Virus record (IMG/VR): IMGVR_UViG_2534681934_000006
DNA length: 8,406 nucleotides
Strand: one strand, 5' to 3'
DNA from: a virus
Lineage: Duplodnaviria > Heunggongvirae > Uroviricota > Caudoviricetes
Shown: positions 1 through 8,406 of the stretch, one piece after another
Layout of the letters: every line of letters starts with the position of its first letter
How positions within the stretch are numbered: position 1 is the first letter of the stretch
The notes under the pieces: model-generated
The model's database searches: none
What the model was told of the DNA's origin: nothing
Seen by the model: the letters and a program-made list of their open reading frames with translations, nothing else
Translations under genes and position numbers: made by a program

Positions 1-31
1 CGCCGACAGAAAATGAAAGTAAAAGAAAAAC

Positions 32-63
32 AAAAAAAGCCGCCAGTGTCACCCACTGACGGC
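32..63 (-). terminator. Putative rho-independent terminator on minus strand (imperfect 10-bp stem 39-48/54-63 with one mismatch, followed on the minus strand by a U-run from plus A-tract 32-38)
   Basis: Seen in sequence: gccgccagtg / cactgacggc inverted repeat with 5-nt loop; A7 tract immediately 5' on plus strand gives a U-tract 3' of the hairpin on the minus strand. Not verified by folding energy. Confidence 0.3.
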
Positions 64-238
64 CAACTCCGGGAGCCGTGATTATGGCATTCAGGCTCTG
101 CTAAAAATGCCAGATAACATTCCGGCCTCCCCTGATTCAGGTTATAAATGACACAATATCTTGACAACACCCGTCACTGTCTGTCAGAAAATATACCGCC
201 AGGCATAAGTATCATGTGAAATCCAACTATCCTTCTGA

Positions 239-280
239 GCCAGCACCTCTCCACCGAAAGTCAGTGCTGGCTGTTTTTTT
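239..280 (+). terminator. Putative rho-independent terminator on plus strand (8-bp stem gccagcac/gtgctggc, 17-nt loop, then tgttttttt)
   Basis: Seen in sequence: perfect 8-bp inverted repeat 239-246 / 264-271 followed by T-run 272-280. The loop is long (17 nt), which weakens the call. Confidence 0.3.
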
Positions 281-494
281 CCTTAATAAAGCATCTGTAA
301 CTGGTTGTTGTTCTGCGGGTTCTGTTCTTCGTTGACATGAGGTTGCCCCGTATTCAGTGTCGCTGATTTGTATTGTCTGAAGTTGTTTTTACGTTAAGTT
401 GATGCAGATCAATTAATACGATACCTGCGTCATAATTGATTATTTGACGTGGTTTGATGGCGTAGATGCACGTTGTGACATGTAGATGATAATT

Positions 495-520
495 ATTATC
501 ATTTTGCGGGTCCTTTCCGG
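495..520. promoter_or_regulatory. cosQ: Approximate position of cosQ (packaging termination element upstream of cosN)
   Basis: Established knowledge: in lambda cosQ lies roughly 20-40 bp upstream of the cosN nick. Placement is by offset from the cosN I identified; the exact element boundaries are not determinable by eye. Confidence 0.4.
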
Positions 521-532
521 CGATCCGACAGG

Positions 533-554
533 TTACGGGGCGGCGACCTCGCGG
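533..554. other. cosN: cosN, terminase nicking site; 12-nt cohesive-end sequence GGGCGGCGACCT at 538-549
   Basis: Seen in sequence: ...gatccgacaggttacg | gggcggcgacct | cgcgg..., which matches the lambda right-end/left-end junction (right end ...CAGGTTACG, left end GGGCGGCGACCT...) as I recall it. Spacing to the Nu1 start codon (about 189 bp) matches lambda. Confidence 0.85.
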
Positions 555-585
555 TTTTTCACTATTTATGAAAATTTTCCGGTTT

Positions 586-705
586 AAGGCGTTTCCGTTC
601 TTCTTCGCCGTAACCTAATGTTTTTATTTAAAACACCCCCTGAAAAGAAAGGAAACGACAGGTGCTGAAAACGGGCTTTTTGGCCTCTGTCGTTTCCTTT
701 CTCTG
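586..705. promoter_or_regulatory. cosB: cosB, terminase small-subunit (gpNu1) binding region: R3 (~588-603, CGTTTCC at 590-596), IHF site I1 (~608-640, AT-rich), R2 (~645-660, inverted GGAAACG at 651-657), R1 (~686-701, CGTTTCC at 691-697)
   Basis: Seen in sequence: three copies of the heptamer CGTTTCC/GGAAACG, with R2 inverted relative to R3 and R1, between cosN and the Nu1 start. Established knowledge: this R3-I1-R2-R1 arrangement is the lambda cosB architecture. Exact site boundaries are approximate. Confidence 0.75.
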
Positions 706-726
706 TTTTTGTCCGTGGAATGAACA

Positions 727-1246
727 ATGGAAGTCAACAAAAAGCAGCTGGCTGACATTTTCGGCGCGAGTATCCGTACCATTCAGAACTGGCAGGAGCA
801 GGGAATGCCCGTTCTGCGGGGTGGTGGCAAGGGTAATGAGGTACTTTATGACTCTGCCGCCGCCATAAAATGGTATGCCGAAAGGGATGCTGAAATTGAG
901 AACGAAAAGCTGCGCCGGGAAGTTGAAGAACTGAGGCAGGACAGCGAGACAGATCTCCAGCCAGGGACTATTGAGTACGAACGCCATCGACTTACGCGTG
1001 CGCAGGCCGACGCACAGGAACTGAAGAATGCCAGAGACTCAGCTGAAGTGGTGGAAACCGCATTCTGTACTTTCGTGCTGTCGCGGATCGCAGGTGAAAT
1101 TGCCAGTATTCTCGACGGGATCCCCCTGTCGGTGCAGCGGCGTTTTCCGGAACTGGAAAACCGACATGTTGATTTCCTGAAACGGGATATCATCAAAGCC
1201 ATGAACAAAGCAGCCGCGCTGGATGAACTGATACCGGGGTTGCTGA

Positions 1247-1272
<26 letters not shown>
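727..1272 (+). CDS. Nu1: Terminase small subunit gpNu1 (181 aa)
   Basis: ORF track 727..1272 translation MEVNKKQLADIFGASIRTIQNWQEQGMPVLRGGGKGNEV... matches lambda gpNu1 from recall; N-terminal winged helix-turn-helix; same length as lambda Nu1; located immediately downstream of cosB; ATG at 727 preceded by a GGA-rich Shine-Dalgarno. Confidence 0.95.
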
Positions 1273-4953
<3,681 letters not shown>

Positions 4954-4973
<20 letters not shown>

Positions 4974-6272
4974 TCTCCCGCATATTGCCAGCATGGCTTT
5001 TAATGAGCCGCTGATGCTTGAACCCGCCTATGCGCGGGTTTTCTTTTGTGCGCTTGCAGGCCAGCTTGGGATCAGCCGCCTGACGGATGCAGTATCCGGC
5101 GACAGCCTGACTGCCGGAGAGGCACCCGCGGCGCTGGCGTTATCCGGTGATGATGACGGACCACGACAGGCCCGGAGTTATCAGGTCATGAACGGCATCG
5201 CCGTGCTGCCGGTGTCCGGTACGCTGGTCAGCCGGACGCGGCGCTGCAGCCGTATTCGGGAATGACCGGTTACAACGGCATTATCGCCCGTCTGCAACAG
5301 GCTGCCAGCGATCCGATGGTGGACGGCATTCTGCTCGATATGGACACACCGGGCGGGATGGTGGCGGGAGCATTTGACTGTGCTGACATCATCGCCCGTG
5401 TGCGAGACATAAAACCGGTATGGGCGCTGGCCAACGACATGAACTGCAGTGCAGGTCAGCTGCTTGCCAGCGCCGCCTCCCGGCGTCTGGTCACGCAGAC
5501 CGCCCGGACAGGCTCCATCGGCGTCATGATGGCTCACAGTAATTACGGTGCTGCCCTGGAGAAACAGGGCGTGGAAATCACGCTGATTTACAGCGGCAGC
5601 CATAAGGTGGATGGCAACCCCTACAGCCATCTACCGGGTGATGTCCGGGAAACACTGCAGTCCCGGATGGATGCAACCCGCCGGATGTTTGCGCAGAAGG
5701 TGTCGGCATATACCGGCCTGTCCGTGCAGGCTGTGCTGGATACCGAGGCTGCAGTGTACAGCGGTCAGGAGGCCATTGATGCCGGACTGGCTGATGAACT
5801 TGTCAACAGCACCGATGCGATCACCGTTATGCGTGATGCACTGGATGCACGTAAATCCCGTCTCTCAGGAGGGCGAATGACCAAAGAGACTCAATCAACA
5901 ACTGTTTCAGCCACTGCTTCGCAGGCTGACGTTACTGGCGTGGTGCCAGCGACGGAGGGCGAAAACGCCAGCGCGGCGCAGCCGGACGTGAACGCGCAGA
6001 TCACCGCTGCGGTTGCGGCAGAAAACAGCCGCATTATGGGGATCCTCAACTGTGAGGAGGCTCACGGACGCGAAGAACAGGCCCGCGTGCTGGCAGAAAC
6101 CCCCGGTATGACCGTGGAAACGGCCCGCCGCATTCTGGCCGCAGCACCACAGAGTGCACAGGCGCGCAGTGATACTGCGCTGGATCGTCTGATGCAGGGG
6201 GCACCGGCACCGCTGGCTGCAGGTAACCCGGCATCTGATGCCGTTAACGATTTGCTGAACACACCAGTGTAA
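4954..6272 (+). pseudogene. C: Prohead protease gpC (S49-like serine protease), reading frame interrupted by an apparent 1-bp deletion near 5238-5242; N-terminal part 4954..5265 (premature TGA), remainder in another frame 5244..6272
   Basis: Seen in sequence: GTG at 4954 with GAGGAGG upstream encodes V/M-TAELRNLPHIASMAFNEPLMLEPAYARVFF..., the lambda gpC N-terminus, overlapping the B 3' end by 20 nt as in lambda. That frame ends ...LVSRTRRCSRIRE* at 5265. The lambda-like continuation (ALQPYSG)MTGYNGIIARLQQ... is in a different frame, open from 5154 to 6272. The two parts sum to about 439 aa, the lambda gpC length. Could instead be a sequencing error, so pseudogene status is uncertain. Confidence 0.6.
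5667..6272 (+). CDS. Nu3: Scaffolding protein gpNu3 (201 aa), in-frame internal start within the C 3' region
   Basis: ATG at 5667 (MDATRRMFAQKVSAYTGLSVQ...) in the same frame and with the same stop (TAA 6270-6272) as the C 3' portion; 606 nt, identical to lambda Nu3 length. Established knowledge: lambda Nu3 is nested in-frame in C. Confidence 0.85.
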   Translation: MDATRRMFAQKVSAYTGLSVQAVLDTEAAVYSGQEAIDAGLADELVNSTDAITVMRDALDARKSRLSGGRMTKETQSTTVSATASQADVTGVVPATEGENASAAQPDVNAQITAAVAAENSRIMGILNCEEAHGREEQARVLAETPGMTVETARRILAAAPQSAQARSDTALDRLMQGAPAPLAAGNPASDAVNDLLNTPV

Positions 6273-6281
6273 GGGATGTTT

Positions 6282-6614
6282 ATGACGAGCAAAGAAACCT
6301 TTACCCATTACCAGCCGCTGGGCAACAGTGACCCGGCTCATACCGCAACCGCGCCCGGCGGATTGAGTGCGAAAGCGCCTGCAATGACCCCGCTGATGCT
6401 GGACACCTCCAGCCGTAAGCTGGTTGCGTGGGATGGCACCACCGACGGTGCTGCCGTTGGCATTCTTGCGGTTGCTGCTGACCAGACCAGCACCACGCTG
6501 ACGTTCTACAAGTCCGGCACGTTCCGTTATGAGGATGTGCTCTGGCCGGAGGCTGCCAGCGACGAGACGAAAAAACGGACCGCGTTTGCCGGAACGGCAA
6601 TCAGCATCGTTTAA
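6282..6614 (+). CDS. D: Head decoration protein gpD (110 aa)
   Basis: Translation [52 protein letters not shown]... matches lambda gpD. Start chosen at ATG 6282 (AAGGGA Shine-Dalgarno at 6271-6276, 5-nt spacing), not the track's ATG 6276, giving the lambda length of 110 aa. Confidence 0.92.
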   Translation: MTSKETFTHYQPLGNSDPAHTATAPGGLSAKAPAMTPLMLDTSSRKLVAWDGTTDGAAVGILAVAADQTSTTLTFYKSGTFRYEDVLWPEAASDETKKRTAFAGTAISIV

Positions 6615-6632
6615 CCTGACCCTTCATCACTA

Positions 6633-6656
6633 AAGGCCGCCTGTGCGGCTTTTTTT
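6633..6656 (+). terminator. Intergenic D-E hairpin followed by a T7 run (terminator-like or mRNA-stabilising structure)
   Basis: Seen in sequence: gccgc (6636-6640), loop ctgt, gcggc (6645-6649), then ttttttt (6650-6656), lying between the D stop (6614) and E start (6670). Confidence 0.4.
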
Positions 6657-6669
6657 ACGGGATTTTTTT

Positions 6670-7695
6670 ATGTCGATGTACACAACCGCCCAACTGCTGG
6701 CGGCAAATGAGCAGAAATTTAAGTTTGATCCGCTGTTTCTGCGTCTCTTTTTCCGTGAGAGCTATCCCTTCACCACGGAGAAAGTCTATCTCTCACAAAT
6801 TCCGGGACTGGTAAACATGGCGCTGTACGTTTCGCCGATTGTTTCTGGTGAGGTTATCCGTTCCCGTGGCGGCTCCACCTCTGAATTTACGCCGGGATAT
6901 GTCAAGCCGAAGCATGAAGTGAATCCGCAGATGACCCTGCGTCGCCTGCCGGATGAAGATCCGCAGAATCTGGCGGACCCGGCTTACCGCCGCCGTCGCA
7001 TCATCATGCAGAACATGCGTGACGAAGAGCTGGCCATTGCTCAGGTCGAAGAGATGCAGGCAGTTTCTGCCGTGCTCAAGGGCAAATACACCATGACCGG
7101 TGAAGCCTTCGATCCGGTTGAGGTGGATATGGGCCGCAGTGCGGCGAACAACATCACGCAGTCCGGCGGCACGGAGTGGAGCAAGCGTGACAAGTCCACG
7201 TATGACCCGACCGACGATATCGAAGCCTACGCGCTGAACGCCAGCGGCGTGGTGAATATCATCGTGTTTGACCCGAAAGGCTGGGCGCTGTTCCGTTCCT
7301 TCAAAGCCGTCAGGGAGAAGCTGGATACCCGTCGCGGCTCTCATTCCGAACTGGAGACAGCGGTAAAAGACCTGGGCAAAGCGGTGTCTTATAAGGGAAT
7401 GTATGGCGATGTGGCCATCGTCGTGTATTCCGGACAGTACGTGGAAAACGGCGTCAAAAAGAACTTCCTGCCGGACAACACGATGGTGCTGGGGAACACT
7501 CAGGCACGCGGTCTGCGCACCTATGGCTGCATTCAGGATGCGGACGCACAGCGCGAAGGCATTAACGCCTCTGCCCGTTACCCGAAAAACTGGGTGACCA
7601 CCGGCGATCCGGCGCGTGAGTTCACCATGATTCAGTCAGCACCGCTGATGCTGCTGGCTGACCCTGATGAGTTCGTGTCCGTACAACTGGCGTAA
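6670..7695 (+). CDS. E: Major capsid protein gpE (341 aa)
   Basis: Translation MSMYTTAQLLAANEQKFKFDPLFLRLFFRESYPFTTEKVYLSQIPGLVNMALYV... matches lambda gpE; start at ATG 6670 rather than the upstream in-frame start reported by the track at 6643, giving the lambda length. Confidence 0.95.
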   Translation: MSMYTTAQLLAANEQKFKFDPLFLRLFFRESYPFTTEKVYLSQIPGLVNMALYVSPIVSGEVIRSRGGSTSEFTPGYVKPKHEVNPQMTLRRLPDEDPQNLADPAYRRRRIIMQNMRDEELAIAQVEEMQAVSAVLKGKYTMTGEAFDPVEVDMGRSAANNITQSGGTEWSKRDKSTYDPTDDIEAYALNASGVVNIIVFDPKGWALFRSFKAVREKLDTRRGSHSELETAVKDLGKAVSYKGMYGDVAIVVYSGQYVENGVKKNFLPDNTMVLGNTQARGLRTYGCIQDADAQREGINASARYPKNWVTTGDPAREFTMIQSAPLMLLADPDEFVSVQLA

Positions 7696-7697
7696 TC

Positions 7698-7722
7698 ATG
7701 GCCCTTCGGGGCCATTGTTTTT
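7698..7722 (+). terminator. Strong hairpin immediately after the E stop: 7-bp stem atggccc/gggccat with UUCG tetraloop, followed by a U-rich tract
   Basis: Seen in sequence: atggccc (7698-7704), ttcg (7705-7708), gggccat (7709-7715), then tgttttt. Sits between the E stop (7695) and the FI Shine-Dalgarno GGAGGAG (7727-7733). Confidence 0.5.
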
Positions 7723-7736
7723 CTGTGGAGGAGTCC

Positions 7737-8135
7737 ATGACGAAAGATGAACTGATTGCCCGTCTCCGCTCGCTGGGTGAACAACTGAACCGTGATGTCA
7801 GCCTGACGGGGACGAAAGAAGAACTGGCGCTCCGTGTGGCAGAGCTGGAAGAGGAGCTTGATGACACGGATGAAACTGCCGGTCAGGACACCCCTCTCAG
7901 CCGGGAAAATGTGCTGACCGGACATGAAAATGAGGTGGGATCAGCGCAGCCGGATACCGTGATTCTGGATACGTCTGAACTGGTCACGGTCGTGGCACTG
8001 GTGAAGCTGCATACTGATGCACTTCACGTCACGCGGGATGAACCTGTGGCATTTGTGCTGCCGGGAACGGCGTTTCGTGTCTCTGCCGGTGTGGCAGCCG
8101 AAATGACAGAGCGCGGCCTGGCCAGAATGCAATAA
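7737..8135 (+). CDS. FI: Head assembly / DNA packaging accessory protein gpFI (132 aa)
   Basis: Translation MTKDELIARLRSLGEQLNRDVSLTGTKEELALRVAELEEELDDTDETAGQDTPLSRENVL... matches lambda gpFI; ATG 7737 with GGAGGAG Shine-Dalgarno 7727-7733; the track's 7698 start lies inside the preceding hairpin and lacks a Shine-Dalgarno. Confidence 0.92.
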   Translation: MTKDELIARLRSLGEQLNRDVSLTGTKEELALRVAELEEELDDTDETAGQDTPLSRENVLTGHENEVGSAQPDTVILDTSELVTVVALVKLHTDALHVTRDEPVAFVLPGTAFRVSAGVAAEMTERGLARMQ

Positions 8136-8146
8136 CGGGAGGCGCT

Positions 8147-8406
8147 GTGGCTGATTTCGATAACCTGTTCGATGCTGCCATTGCCCGCGCCGATGAAACG
8201 ATACGCGGGTACATGGGAACGTCAGCCACCATGACATCCGGTGAGCGGTCCGGCGCAGTAATACGTGGTGTTTTTGATGACCCTGAAAATATCAGCTATG
8301 CCGGACAGGGCGTGCGCGTTGAAGGCTCCAGCCCGTCCCTGTTTGTCCGGACTGATGATGTGCGGCAACTGCGGCGTGGTGACACGCTGACCATTAACGG
8401 CGAGAT
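8147..8406 (+). CDS. FII: Head-tail connector / head completion protein gpFII, 5' partial (continues beyond window end)
   Basis: Manual translation from GTG 8147 (GGGAGG Shine-Dalgarno 8137-8142): (M)ADFDNLFDAAIARADETIRGYMGTSATMTSGERSGAVIRGVFDDPENISYAGQGVRVEGSSPSLFVRTDDVRQLRRGDTLTINGE..., no stop before the window end; matches the lambda gpFII N-terminus. Absent from the ORF track because it has no in-window stop. Confidence 0.88.
   Translation, partial: MADFDNLFDAAIARADETIRGYMGTSATMTSGERSGAVIRGVFDDPENISYAGQGVRVEGSSPSLFVRTDDVRQLRRGDTLTINGE

Noticed and set aside
404-450. Possible promoter for the small minus-strand ORF (minus-strand TATTAAT, plus 412-418) and a plus-strand TTGACG at 445-450
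   Set aside because: No convincing -35/-10 pair with 16-18 bp spacing could be assembled by eye; AT-rich sequence near cos produces many chance hexamer matches.
628-987. Minus-strand 119-aa ORF spanning cosB and the 5' end of Nu1
   Set aside because: Overlaps the conserved cosB R-sites and is antisense to the well-supported Nu1 gene; no Shine-Dalgarno context; typical spurious ORF in GC-rich coding DNA.
5230-5265. Programmed ribosomal frameshift as an explanation for the C frame change
   Set aside because: There is no slippery heptamer (X XXY YYZ) or downstream pseudoknot at the site (sequence acgcggcgctgcagc), and lambda gpC is not known to use frameshifting; a deletion or sequencing error is more parsimonious.
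6643-6669. Track's upstream starts for E (6643), D (6276) and FI (7698)
   Set aside because: Internal ATGs at 6670, 6282 and 7737 have proper Shine-Dalgarno spacing and reproduce the lambda protein lengths (341, 110, 132 aa). The upstream starts either overlap hairpin structures or sit directly on the Shine-Dalgarno.

Overview
This window is the DNA-packaging and head-morphogenesis module of a lambda-like (lambdoid) phage, almost certainly a prophage or other cos-joined form because cos is internal to the window. Positions 1-537 are non-coding right-end sequence; of this, ~304-537 matches the lambda right end as I recall it and 1-303 does not. A cohesive-end site follows (cosQ, cosN with 12-nt GGGCGGCGACCT at 538-549, cosB with three CGTTTCC motifs), then the + strand operon Nu1, A, W, B, C/Nu3, D, E, FI and the 5' part of FII. 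ORF lengths match lambda exactly (181, 641, 68, 533, 201, 110, 341, 132 aa) and adjacent genes show the classic overlaps. I see no CRISPR array, tRNA/rRNA, defence-like gene or other novel system; this is a well-characterised module. The main deviation is an apparent 1-bp deletion that splits the prohead protease gene C into two reading frames. Identification rests on reading the supplied translations and on recalled lambda sequence; no database search was run.
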